The notes under the pieces were generated by a model. That model had not been told where the DNA came from. It ran no database searches and was given only the letters and a program-made list of their open reading frames with translations. The position numbers were made by a program, and so were the translations under genes. From an uncultured Gemmatimonadaceae bacterium (GTDB taxonomy: Bacteria; Gemmatimonadota; Gemmatimonadetes; Gemmatimonadales; Gemmatimonadaceae), in NCBI GenBank assembly GCA_963761305.1, contig CAVXGK010000001.1, positions 1,568,001 through 1,632,000 of the forward strand: DNA of 64,000 bases, written 5' to 3'. This document shows, piece by piece, positions 24,101 through 33,755 of this stretch (within the stretch, counting starts at the first letter, position 1; every line of letters starts with the position of its first letter).

Positions 24101-25786
24101 CGTCGCCACCGCGAGCAACGAGTCGTACGACGCGACGATGCGCTCGGCTTCGCGATAGTTCGCGAGGCTGTACGTCGCCGTGTCGAGGAGCTCCGGTTTT
24201 CGGCGCGCGGCGAAGGTGAGCGTTCGCGTGACGATGTCGGCCACCTCCGTCGAGCGCTCGAACCCGAACTGCTGCGACGCCCACGCGCGCGTGTACGCCG
24301 GCAGTCCCGCGGCGGTGATGCGCGAAGGATTCCACGCATAGTCGAGGAAGAACGAGATCGGAAATTCCATCGGCTTCAGATCGCCGACGTTCACGATCCA
24401 GATGCGGCGCGCGCCGTAGTCGTACGCGAGGTGCATCTGCTCCCAGACGCGCGCGATCGGATTCGTGTTGATCCACTTGTAGTTGCGCGGCCCGCCGACG
24501 TAGTCGAAATGGTAGTAGATCCCGAAGCCGCCGGCGCGCGCTGTGTCGGCGCGCGCGGGCAGCCGCCGGATGTCGCCCCAGTTGTCGTCGGAAAAGAGGA
24601 GCGTGACGTCGTCCGGCACGCGCATGCCCTTGTCGTAGTAGTCCTGCACTTCCTTGTAGAGCGCCCAGACCTGCGGCGTCTGCGACGCCGGCTTCCCCGT
24701 GACCGAGGCGATGATGTCGCGCTGGTCGTGCACGATGCGCTCGAGGAGCGCGACGTTGCTCCCCGTCGTCATCGGCTTGTCGCCGTCGCCGCGCATGCCG
24801 ATCGTGACGATGCTCTCGTGCGTTCCCATGTGGCGAATGCCGTCCGTCCAGAACGCGCGCAGCGTGGAGTCGTTGCGCTCGTAGTTCCACTCGCCTTTGC
24901 CGTAGCGCTTCCATTCCTGCTGCGCGCGCATCATCGGCTCGTGGTGCGACGTGCCCATCACGATCCCGTAGTCGTCGGCGAGTTGCGGGTCGGCTTTGTC
25001 GTCGTCGTTGAACGCGTTGCCCCACATCGCGGGCCACAGATAGTTGCCCTTGAGACGCAGGATCAGCTCGAACACCTTCTCGTAGAACTGGTGGTTGATC
25101 CCGCCGAACTTCTCCTTGGCCCAGCCGGTGAGCGCCGGCGCTTCGTCGTTGAGGAAGATCCCGCGGTACCTCACCGCCGGCTCGCCGTCGCTGTGGGCGC
25201 CCGGGAGCACGTAGAGCGCCGGCTTGTGGCGCACGGGCACGTCGGCCCACCAGGTCCACGGCGACACGCCGATCGCCGCTGAGACGTCGTACAGCCCGTA
25301 GATCGTCCCCCGCTTGTCGCTTCCCGCGATGATCAGCGCGCGATCGATCCCCTCGGTGGGGTGTTCGACAATTTGAATGAGGAATGTCTCCCACCGCCCC
25401 GATACGCGCGAAACGTCCAGCGTGCCCTCGTGCACGAGTCCGTCGATGAACGCGTTGTGCCCGAGCGTTCCGGCCACGATCACCGTGCGCGTCTTTGCCG
25501 GCATCACCGAGTCCACCGTGATGACGGGCGCCCCGGCGCCGCCGGCGACGCGTCCCAGGTCGGCCGCCAGGTCCTTCGCCGCGCGCTGCACTCCGACGAA
25601 ATCGGCCGGACTCACCACGAGCCGAGTCGCGTGGCTGGCGGCGATGAGCGGGAATCGTCCCGCCCCCTCCGCCGGCGTTACATATGAAGGCGTCTGGCCA
25701 CCCGCTCCGAGGCTAGCGCCAAACGCGAGAGATGCTGTGACCAGATGTCTCTTGGAACGCGACAACATGACGTGACCCATTGTCAT
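21158..25786 (-). CDS. Fused GH115 alpha-glucuronidase + GH43 beta-xylosidase/arabinofuranosidase (1542 aa), secreted
   Basis: GH115 motifs (YRGIFLNDE, NYLWPAMW, GTSHHEPM, YYHFDYVGGPRNYKW), then S/D-rich linker, then GH43 (NPILAGFYPDPSI, GIDPSLFFDDDG, IEAPH, TGHADFV) and C-terminal jelly-roll; ATG overlaps upstream TGA. Confidence 0.92.
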
Positions 25787-26259
25787 TGAACGGGATCTAG
25801 TGCTCCTCGTTGACCCGCAGCCATTACCGCGGTGTCCTTCGGCGGCATTGGGGGCGCCGGATCCACTCCAACCGGATGCGTCGAAACGTAGATGACCCCG
25901 GCTGCATGACCGACGCCCCATCGTCCCGTCGCCGCCACCCCATCGAAGAACCGCATGTAGTAGATCGTGTTCGCCGCGATTTCTCGCAGCGTATCCGTCC
26001 CGCCGAGCCGAGTGTTGTCGACGTAGACCAGCACCTCGCTCGGGGTCTGGAAGCTGTCCGTACCGCGGGCCCTCAACCAGTTCGAGCGCAACGACTCGAC
26101 CGCGTCGTACGCCGTGTTGAAATGGTTTTCCGCGATTTGCTCCTTGGTCAACATGCCGTGGTCGCGAACGTCGCCCGTCTTCGGAGCGCCGCGCGCGGCA
26201 CAGCCGTTCACCAAGAATGCAGCAGCCAATACCACGCACCGCACCAATCGTGGACGCAT
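25783..26259 (-). CDS. Small lipoprotein resembling a stand-alone TonB-receptor plug domain
   Basis: Lipobox VNGC; TAYDAVESLR, VYVDN, IYYMRFFDGVAATGRWGVGHAAGVIYVST parallels the SusC plug motif; GGAGG RBS. Confidence 0.7.
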   Translation of the reverse strand: MRPRLVRCVVLAAAFLVNGCAARGAPKTGDVRDHGMLTKEQIAENHFNTAYDAVESLRSNWLRARGTDSFQTPSEVLVYVDNTRLGGTDTLREIAANTIYYMRFFDGVAATGRWGVGHAAGVIYVSTHPVGVDPAPPMPPKDTAVMAAGQRGALDPVQ

Positions 26260-26376
26260 GACGTGCCTCCGGCCGGGGGGACGCCGGTGATCGGTCGCAA
26301 ACTTGCGGCCGCTCGTCTGAACCTGTCTTGCAGGGCTGTGATCGGCAAGAACTCGCAAGTCACGTGCGAAGCGATC

Positions 26377-27591
26377 TCAGCGAGATCCGAGCGGCGGCAC
26401 CGGGCCGACCACGAACCGCACCGGAATCCCGCCGTTCCGCGTCGCGAAACGCTCGCGCAGATCGAGGCCGATCTGGGCCTCGAGACGCCGCTCCGCGAGC
26501 AGCAGTCCGAGCGTCCAACCGGGAAGCTTGGCCCGGGCGACGTTCCCGATCTGCGCGTACAAATTCCGGAGCCGATCCCGTTCGCCGACCCGCAGACCAT
26601 ACGGCGGGTTCGATACGATCCAACCGCCGCTCCCCGACGACTCGACCGCCGAGATGGGCGCGACGACAAACGCGATGTCCCCGGCGACCCCCGCCCGCTC
26701 GGCGTTGGCGAGCGCGGCGGCGATCGCTCCGCGATCGCGATCGGACGCCGAGATCGGCGCGAGAACGCCGGGTAGCTCCGCCGCACGCGCTTTGTCGACG
26801 AGGTGGCGCCACGCGCCGGCGTCGAACTCCGGCCAGTCGTGAAAGGCGAACCGGCGGTCGCGGCCGGGCGCGATTCGCCGCGCCATCCGCGCCGCCTCGA
26901 TCGCGATCGTGCCGGAGCCGCACATCGGGTCGATCAGCGGCGCGTCCGTCGTCCAGCCGGCGCCGAGGATCATGGCCGCGGCGATCGTCTCGCGGAGCGG
27001 AGCCTTCGCCAACTGCTGGCGGTATCCGCGAAGGTGCAGCAGCGCGCCCGACGCATCGGCGCTCACGGTGCACACGTCGTGGAGCAATCGAACGACGAAC
27101 AACTGGCCGGTCGACTCGACCGCCGACGTTTTCGTTTTCATTTTCGTTGCCGGGGTCGTGTCGTCGGAGTCGTCCACGGTCGGCTTTGCGATTTCGATTC
27201 GAACGCCCGGAACACGGCGAGTGACGGCGTCGGCGAGACGCTGCGCGACGGCATCGCTGTGGTAGAGCTTCGACTTCCGGCACGTCACTCGAAATCGTAC
27301 GATCGACGCCGGAGTGACGAATCGATCCCAGGCGATTCGGCGGGCGGCAGGCTCCAGCTCGTAAAACGCCGTTGCCTTGAACTCGGCGACTCGCACGAGC
27401 ACGCGGCTGGCCGTCCGGAGCCACAGGTTCGCGAGAGCCACCGTCTCGAGAGAACCGCGCCACGCGACACCTCCGTCATCCACCTTGGCCCGCACGCCCA
27501 GCGCGGCCAACTCGGCGGCGCAGATCGCTTCGAGCCCGGGGGCGGTGACCGCGAACGCGTCGGCCTGGTTACGCTGGTGTATGGCTGCCAC
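26377..27591 (-). CDS. THUMP-domain class I SAM-dependent RNA methyltransferase (RlmL N-terminal-like)
   Basis: TAPGLE, NLWLRTASRV, LHLRGYR, APLRETIAAA, DPMCGSGTI, NPPYG motifs. Confidence 0.9.
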   Translation of the reverse strand: MAAIHQRNQADAFAVTAPGLEAICAAELAALGVRAKVDDGGVAWRGSLETVALANLWLRTASRVLVRVAEFKATAFYELEPAARRIAWDRFVTPASIVRFRVTCRKSKLYHSDAVAQRLADAVTRRVPGVRIEIAKPTVDDSDDTTPATKMKTKTSAVESTGQLFVVRLLHDVCTVSADASGALLHLRGYRQQLAKAPLRETIAAAMILGAGWTTDAPLIDPMCGSGTIAIEAARMARRIAPGRDRRFAFHDWPEFDAGAWRHLVDKARAAELPGVLAPISASDRDRGAIAAALANAERAGVAGDIAFVVAPISAVESSGSGGWIVSNPPYGLRVGERDRLRNLYAQIGNVARAKLPGWTLGLLLAERRLEAQIGLDLRERFATRNGGIPVRFVVGPVPPLGSR

Positions 27592-27607
27592 GGGACGAAC
27601 TTATCGC

Positions 27608-28117
27608 GTGCAGGCACGCATCGCCGGACTCGCCGCCGCGCTCACGATTGGCGCGTGCGCACACAACGCGTCCGCGCCGACGAGTCCCTCGACGCCCGTC
27701 GACGCGTTCGGCACGCTCAACGGCGCGCGCATCGAGCTGACCGCCCAGGGCGGAATCGCGGCGCTCTCCACCACGAGGCGTGTCACGCACGACGACCGCA
27801 CGTACGTGTTTTCGATGCGGCAGATCTGCGGCGCGACGTGCGCCGCGCCGATGGACTCCGCCTCGGGCGTGCTCTCGGCCGCCGCCGCCGACTCGCTGTT
27901 CAGCGTTGTGTGGGCGCTCGAGCCGATGCAGTTGCACGACGACTACAGCACGACCGCCAGCGCGGCGGACATGTTCGAGTACACGTTGCGCGTGACGTTC
28001 GATGCGACGACCAAGACGGTGCACGCCGACGACGGAACGATGCCGCCCGCGATGCGCCAGATGCTCGCCATCCTCGCCGGTACGATCGACACGGCTCGGG
28101 CGATCGCCAAGCGCTGA
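27608..28117 (+). CDS. Lipoprotein with emfourin (M4 protease inhibitor)-like domain
   Basis: Lipobox IGAC; IELTAQGGIAA and AADMFEYTLRV motifs resemble emfourin GGFAG and AD.F.Y motifs. Confidence 0.55.
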   Translation: MQARIAGLAAALTIGACAHNASAPTSPSTPVDAFGTLNGARIELTAQGGIAALSTTRRVTHDDRTYVFSMRQICGATCAAPMDSASGVLSAAAADSLFSVVWALEPMQLHDDYSTTASAADMFEYTLRVTFDATTKTVHADDGTMPPAMRQMLAILAGTIDTARAIAKR

Positions 28118-28173
28118 CCGCGTCGTCGCGCGCGGCGATTTGAATTATCATTGGTCGTCTCTTCGGCGACCGA

Positions 28174-29286
28174 ATGCGCGCGCTCCAGTACCTGTCCGAC
28201 CTCTACGACTACAACACGCTCCGTGAGTGGATGACGGCGGCGATCGTCGCCGTCCTCGTCTTCGTCGTCGCGATGGGCCTGCGAGCGCTCCTCGTGCGGC
28301 GGCTCGGTGCGCTCGCCGCGCGCACCACGACCCGCGTCGACAACATGGTCGTGGAGCTGATCGCGAAGACGCGCGCTTGGGTACTCGCCGTGTTCGCGCT
28401 GATGGCCGGCGCGGTGCAGCTGGCGCTTCCGGCGGGCATCATTGGGGGCGTCGATCTGCTGGAAAAGCTGGTTTTCCTATGGCAGACGGCGCTCTGGGGC
28501 GCCGCCGCGATCGGCTTCTGGGTCAAGCACTACTCGATCCATCGCACGGCCAGCAACGATCGCGCGAGCGTGACGATGATCACCGCGATCGGCGTCGGCG
28601 CCAAGATCCTGCTCTGGACGCTCGTGGTCCTCGGCGCGTTGCAGTGGGCGTTCGGCTTCCAGGTCGTTGGACTGATCGCCGGCCTCGGCGTCGGCGGCAT
28701 CGCCCTCGCGCTCGCGGTGCAGAACATCCTCGGCGACGTGCTCGCGTCGCTCGCGATCGTGTTCGACAAACCGTTCGACGTCGGCGACTCGATCGGCGTC
28801 GGCGACGTGAACGGCGTCGTCGAGCACATCGGCCTCAAGACGACACGCGTCCGCAGCATCACCGGCGAACAGGTGATCATCGGGAACGCGGACCTGCTCA
28901 AGAGCCGGTTGCACAACTTCAAGCGGATGTACCAGCGCCGCGTTGTGTTTCAGCTCCAGGTGGCATTCGACACGCCGGCCGACGCGCTTCAGCGTCTCCC
29001 GGCGATCCTCGAGCAGATCATCACGGCGCAATCGCCGGTGAGGTTCGACCGCTGCCACGTCGCGGGCTTCGGCGACGCGTCGATCCGGCTGGAAGCCGTC
29101 TACTACGTGCTGGACCCGGACTATAAGCGGTACATGGACATCCAGCAGGCGATCAATCTCGAGGTGCTGCGCCGCTTCGCGTCGGAGAACGTGCAATTCG
29201 CGTTGCCGACGCAGACGGTGATTCACCAGGGGCCGCTCGCGACCAAGCTTGCCGTGACGAGCGCGGAGCCCAAAGAGGCGGATTGA
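28174..29286 (+). CDS. mscS: Small-conductance mechanosensitive channel (MscS family)
   Basis: GLGVGGIALALAVQNILGD, DKPFDVGD, GVVEHIGLKTTRVRS motifs. Confidence 0.93.
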   Translation: MRALQYLSDLYDYNTLREWMTAAIVAVLVFVVAMGLRALLVRRLGALAARTTTRVDNMVVELIAKTRAWVLAVFALMAGAVQLALPAGIIGGVDLLEKLVFLWQTALWGAAAIGFWVKHYSIHRTASNDRASVTMITAIGVGAKILLWTLVVLGALQWAFGFQVVGLIAGLGVGGIALALAVQNILGDVLASLAIVFDKPFDVGDSIGVGDVNGVVEHIGLKTTRVRSITGEQVIIGNADLLKSRLHNFKRMYQRRVVFQLQVAFDTPADALQRLPAILEQIITAQSPVRFDRCHVAGFGDASIRLEAVYYVLDPDYKRYMDIQQAINLEVLRRFASENVQFALPTQTVIHQGPLATKLAVTSAEPKEAD

Positions 29287-29288
29287 CG

Positions 29289-29430
29289 GGTGGACAGGTG
29301 GACAGGTGGACAGGTGGACAGGTGGACAGCGAGACGTCTGACGTCTGATATCCGACATCTGACGTCAGACTTCTCCGGCGACGTTCGTCCGTCTTCTCTA
29401 CCCGTCCACCAGTCCACCCGTCCACCCGCC
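29289..29430. repeat. Composite short tandem repeat: (GGTGGACA)x5, then 7-mer ACGTCTG-like repeats, then inverted GTCCACC-type units
   Basis: Directly visible at 29289-29328, 29331-29370 and about 29398-29430, between convergent mscS and DHDPS-like genes. Confidence 0.9.
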
Positions 29431-29432
29431 CT

Positions 29433-30482
29433 CTAGACCAGTCCCGCGTCCGTGACCTCCGGATAGCTCCGCTGCACGCGCGAGATCTCTTCTGCCTGAC
29501 CGGGCGACAGCACTTCGTCGCGATCGAGGCACCAGATTCCGTCGAGCAATCCTTGCCGGCGCAACACTTCGTGAATTCCCGGAATGCACCCGCGGAATCC
29601 GTTGGTCGCGTCGAACACGGCGGCGTTGGCGTCGGTGAGCGCCGCGCCGTGTGACAACAGCGTCGGACCGAACTCGCCCGACGCGCGTGCGTCCTTGATC
29701 GCGGCAAGCAGAGCGACGGCGCCGCGCGTCCACACGGCCCACTGGCCGAGCAATCCGCCGTCGATCCAGCGCAGCACCGTCGTGCCGCCGACATTGATCG
29801 GAAACGGCGTGAGCAAGTCGGCGACGATGTTGTCGTCGTTGCCGGTGTACAGCGCGATGTCGTCGCGCCCCGCTTCGACCACCGCGCGCACGACGTCGAT
29901 CGTCTGGTAGCGGTTGAACGGCGCGATCTTGATCGCCCAGACGTTCGGGATCTCGGCGAACTCTCGCCAGAATCGATACGAGAGCACGCGTCCGCCGACG
30001 GCCGGCTGGAGATAAAATCCGAACAGCGGAAGAATGTCGGCGATGGTGCGACAGTGCTCGAGCAGCTCGTCGTCGCTCGCGTCGCCCAAACCGCCGAGGC
30101 TGAGCAGTCCGGCGTCGTAGCCGAGTGCGGCCGCCAGCTCCGCTTCGCTGCACGCTTGGGGCGTGCGACCGCACACGCCGGCGATCATCGCGAACGTGCG
30201 ATCGCGTTCGACGTTGGCGAGCGCTTCGTCGATCGCCAGCTCGAGCACGGGACGCAGCAGTCCCACACCGGAATCGCGGATCGCGAACTGCGTCGTGTGG
30301 ACGCCGACCGCCACACCGCCCGCGCCGGATTCGACGTAGTAGCGCGTGAGTCCGCGCTGGCGGCGTTCGTCGAGCGAGCGTGACGCGTCGAGCGCGAGCG
30401 GGTGCGCCGGAATCACCTGCCCGGAGCGCAGGTGTTCGCGCACGCTCGGTTTTGAACGTTCGGCGTTCTCAGAACTTTCCAT
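29433..30482 (-). CDS. Dihydrodipicolinate synthase (DapA)-like class I aldolase family protein
   Basis: VIPAHPLALD, GVAVGVHTTQF, FYLQPAVGG, AIKIAPF (Schiff-base Lys), LYTGNDD. Confidence 0.85.
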   Translation of the reverse strand: MESSENAERSKPSVREHLRSGQVIPAHPLALDASRSLDERRQRGLTRYYVESGAGGVAVGVHTTQFAIRDSGVGLLRPVLELAIDEALANVERDRTFAMIAGVCGRTPQACSEAELAAALGYDAGLLSLGGLGDASDDELLEHCRTIADILPLFGFYLQPAVGGRVLSYRFWREFAEIPNVWAIKIAPFNRYQTIDVVRAVVEAGRDDIALYTGNDDNIVADLLTPFPINVGGTTVLRWIDGGLLGQWAVWTRGAVALLAAIKDARASGEFGPTLLSHGAALTDANAAVFDATNGFRGCIPGIHEVLRRQGLLDGIWCLDRDEVLSPGQAEEISRVQRSYPEVTDAGLV

Positions 30483-31473
30483 CGCGCGTCTCGAATTTCG
30501 TCGGTTTGCCGAGCATGGGGCCGCCGTGCTCCACCCAATCGGCGACGCGATCCCGCATGTCGTCCGCACTCACGGCGGGCGGCGCGAACGACGACGAGAG
30601 CCGCGTCGTGTTGCTGAGCAGCGCGTCGGCGCGCTCCGTGCCCACGAAACGCGGCGGCTTGTTGAACCGCTCGCCGAACCACGTCCCCAGCTCGCGAACC
30701 GACAGCGTCTCGCGCCCGGTCAAGTTGAGTACGAACGGAGGGGCGTTGGCGAGCGGCAGCGATTCGATGGCGATGCGATTCGCGTCGCCCTGCCAGATGA
30801 CGTTCACGTAGCCCATGTCCACCGACACGGGCTCCGACCGATACACCTTGACCGCGATGTCGACGAGCACGCCGTATCGCAGGTCGATCGCGTAGTTGAG
30901 ACGGAGAATCGCGACCCGCGTTCGGTGCGTGCGCGCCGCGAGCTCGAACATGCGTTCACGCCCCACACACGATGCCGCGTACTCGCCGACCGGCGCGAGC
31001 GCGTCGCCCTCGCGTGAACCGCCCGCCTCCACCGGCGTCAGCGCGTAGACGTTGCCCGTCGAGAAGGCGACGATGCGCGACGCGCGATAGCGGTCGGCGC
31101 AGTACGCCGGCACCAGCGTGTTCATCCCCCACGTCATCGCCGGCGCGCCCGTCGTGCCGAACTTCTGGCCCGCCATGAAAATCACGTTCGGCGCGTCGGG
31201 GAGGGCCATGACGTCGTCGTGGTCGAGCAGATCGCACGACAGCGTCTCGACGCCCGCGTCCTCGAGATGCCGCCGCGCGTCGGCCGACGACCACCGTGAC
31301 ACGGCGATCACGCGCCGCGAGTCCTGCGCCGCGCGACGCGCCATGCGCGCCAGCGTCGGTCCCATCTTGCCGCCCGCCCCGAGGACGATGACGTCGCCCG
31401 GGCACGCGGCGAGGGCGGCCTCGGTTTCCGCTCTCGGTGCGGAGAGCGCCGCGTCGAGCTCGGCTTCGGTCAC
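30469..31473 (-). CDS. NAD-dependent epimerase/dehydratase family protein
   Basis: LGAGGKMG Rossmann motif, FSTGNVY, EYAASCVGRER; overlaps DapA-like gene. Confidence 0.88.
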   Translation of the reverse strand: MTEAELDAALSAPRAETEAALAACPGDVIVLGAGGKMGPTLARMARRAAQDSRRVIAVSRWSSADARRHLEDAGVETLSCDLLDHDDVMALPDAPNVIFMAGQKFGTTGAPAMTWGMNTLVPAYCADRYRASRIVAFSTGNVYALTPVEAGGSREGDALAPVGEYAASCVGRERMFELAARTHRTRVAILRLNYAIDLRYGVLVDIAVKVYRSEPVSVDMGYVNVIWQGDANRIAIESLPLANAPPFVLNLTGRETLSVRELGTWFGERFNKPPRFVGTERADALLSNTTRLSSSFAPPAVSADDMRDRVADWVEHGGPMLGKPTKFETRDGKF

Positions 31474-31478
31474 TCGGT

Positions 31479-31940
31479 CTACGCCGCCTCGGCGGCCGCG
31501 CGCTCGGCGTGTCGCTTGATGCGCGCGACCATCGCGTTGAGGCCCACCTCGCGGCCCGAAAGGCCGATGCCTTCCATCACCTGGTGCACGAAATCGCTCG
31601 GGATCGCCAGCGTCGTGGACGGCGGCTGCTCGTTGATGGCCAAGAAGAGGATGGCAAGAAACGCCGCCACGGTCGGGGATTGTTTGACGTCGAGCTCGGC
31701 GTAGAAATGCAGCTTGCCGTCGCGGAATTCCGGAAACAGCTCAACCGCCGTTTGGCACTCGGGCACGGCGAACTGAGCACGATCCAACTCGCGGAAGCGC
31801 GGCGGGACGGGCTCGAGCTTCTTGGAGTAATAGACCAGCGCCTGCATCTTTTCCTCGCGGCTCATCGCGCGAAATCGCGACAGCACGCGCTCGATGCTGG
31901 GCGGAAGCGGGGGGCGGTGCTGCGCTGGAACGTCGGTCAT
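31479..31940 (-). CDS. sufE: SufE family sulfur-acceptor protein
   Basis: VPECQT acceptor Cys motif, SPTVAAF, GLS.RE.GL..M pattern. Confidence 0.8.
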   Translation of the reverse strand: MTDVPAQHRPPLPPSIERVLSRFRAMSREEKMQALVYYSKKLEPVPPRFRELDRAQFAVPECQTAVELFPEFRDGKLHFYAELDVKQSPTVAAFLAILFLAINEQPPSTTLAIPSDFVHQVMEGIGLSGREVGLNAMVARIKRHAERAAAEAA

Positions 31941-32048
31941 TCGTCCGGATTCAATGCCGGGCGTGGGACGGCGTCAAGCCGCGCCGGCGATACCGCCGCC
32001 GAGTTCGAGATTCACCAACGCTGGAATACACTGAAGAGGAATCCAACG

Positions 32049-32477
32049 ATGCCGACACGAGGCGCCAAGGCGCGGTGGGAAGGTGGGCTCAAGGGAGGCA
32101 CGGGTACGTTCAGCACGGCGACCGGCCTGAGCGCGAACTATTCGTTCAGCTCGCGGTTCGAGTCCGGAACAGGGTCGAACCCGGAGGAAATGCTCGCCGC
32201 CGCGGAAGCCGCGTGCTACAGCATGGCGGTCAGCGGTGCGCTGGAGCGAAACGGCACGCCCGCGACGAGCGTCGACACGTCGGCCAAGTGCACCGTCGAG
32301 CGAGTGAACGACGCGTTCACGATCACCAAGATCGAGCTGACGGTGAAGGCCGTCGTCCCGTCCATCGACGACGCGACCTTCCAGAAGATCGCCGCGACGG
32401 CGCGCGACAACTGCCCCGTGTCGCGAGCGCTCAAGGGCAACGTGGACATCCAGCTCGTCGCCACGCTCGGGACTTGA
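32049..32477 (+). CDS. osmC: OsmC family peroxiredoxin
   Basis: ARWEGGLKGGTG, YSFSSRFE, NPEEMLAAAEAACYSM, CPVSRAL. Confidence 0.93.
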   Translation: MPTRGAKARWEGGLKGGTGTFSTATGLSANYSFSSRFESGTGSNPEEMLAAAEAACYSMAVSGALERNGTPATSVDTSAKCTVERVNDAFTITKIELTVKAVVPSIDDATFQKIAATARDNCPVSRALKGNVDIQLVATLGT

Positions 32478-32554
32478 CCGTCGTCGCTTGCGACGGCGCG
32501 CGTTCGGACGCAGCCTTACGAACATCGTACTCACACCCCCACGACCCAAGTCAT

Positions 32555-32938
32555 ATGTCCACAGCCGCTACGCCGCGCTCCGTCACGTACTACAAATGGG
32601 ACGAGCTTCCGCGCGAGACCGTCTCGCCGCTGCTCGACCGCAAGCTCATCACCGGCGACCGGATGATGCTCGCCCACGTCTATCTGAAGAAGGGCTGCGT
32701 CGTCCCCAAGCACACGCACGAGAACGAGCAGCTCACGTACATCCTCGAGGGTGCGCTGCGGTTCTGGATCGGCGAAGACGAATCGCAGACGCTGGTCGTG
32801 CGCGCCGGTGAAGTGCTGCACATCCCGTCGATGGTGCCGCACAAGGCCGAAGCGCTCGAGGACACGCTCGACGTCGACATCTTCGATCCGCCGCGACAGG
32901 ACTGGCTCAACAAGACCGACGCGTATCTGCGGAAATAG
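32555..32938 (+). CDS. Cupin domain protein
   Basis: PKHTHENEQ and IPSMVPH cupin motifs; DIFDPPRQDW. Confidence 0.88.
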   Translation: MSTAATPRSVTYYKWDELPRETVSPLLDRKLITGDRMMLAHVYLKKGCVVPKHTHENEQLTYILEGALRFWIGEDESQTLVVRAGEVLHIPSMVPHKAEALEDTLDVDIFDPPRQDWLNKTDAYLRK

Positions 32939-32941
32939 CCC

Positions 32942-33733
32942 GTGGATCTCGGGCTCAAGGAAAAAGTCGCGCTCGTCGCCGCGGCGAGCAAAGGATTGGG
33001 TCGCGCCATCGCCGAGGAGCTCGCGGCGGAAGGCGCGACCCTGGTGATCTGCGCGCGCGGACAGGGAACGCTCGACGCCGCGCGCGACGAGATCTCGGCG
33101 AAGACCGGCGCCGACGTGCGAGCGGTCGCCGCCGACGTGTCGCAGCAGGAAGGGATCGCCGCCGTCGCCAACGCGGCGCTCAGCGCGTTCGGACGCGTCG
33201 ACATCCTCGTGACGAATGCCGGCGGACCTCCGGCGGGCATCTTCGAGATGCACGATTGGGACACGTGGCACCGCGCCGTCGACCTCACACTGCGCAGCGC
33301 CGTCGAGCTGACGCGACTCGTGCTGCCCGGCATGCGCGCGCGGAAGTGGGGACGCATCATCCACATTACATCCATCGCGGCGAAACAGCCGGTCGACAAC
33401 CTGATGCTGTCGAACAGCATTCGCTCGGCCGTCACCGGATTTTCGCGCACGCTCGCCAACGAAGTTGCGGCGGACGGCGTCACGGTGAACACGCTGCTGC
33501 CCGGCTACACGCGCACCGAGCGCGTCGAAGAGCTGGCCGACGCGAACGCGAAGAAGGAAGGCACCAACCGCGCGGCGATTCTGGCGCGCTTCGACCGTGA
33601 GATTCCGATGCATCGCCTCGGCGAGCCGCGCGAGTTTGCGGCGCTCGCCGCATTCATCGCGTCGGAGCGCGCGAGCTACATCACCGGCCAGTCGATCGTG
33701 TCCGACGGCGGCTGGATTCGTTCGTTGATGTAG
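32942..33733 (+). CDS. Short-chain dehydrogenase/reductase (FabG-like)
   Basis: AASKGLG, NAGGPP, ASYITGQ motifs. Confidence 0.92.
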   Translation: MDLGLKEKVALVAAASKGLGRAIAEELAAEGATLVICARGQGTLDAARDEISAKTGADVRAVAADVSQQEGIAAVANAALSAFGRVDILVTNAGGPPAGIFEMHDWDTWHRAVDLTLRSAVELTRLVLPGMRARKWGRIIHITSIAAKQPVDNLMLSNSIRSAVTGFSRTLANEVAADGVTVNTLLPGYTRTERVEELADANAKKEGTNRAAILARFDREIPMHRLGEPREFAALAAFIASERASYITGQSIVSDGGWIRSLM

Positions 33734-33755
33734 TCGGGTGTAGTCGGTCGCGCGA

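Noticed and set aside
25787..26239. N-terminal extension making the GH115-GH43 ORF 1693 aa
   Set aside because: Region is occupied by the plug lipoprotein in another frame; ATGA coupling supports start 25786
29289..29430. Possible CRISPR array
   Set aside because: Units are 7-8 nt and contiguous with no unique spacers; no cas genes nearby
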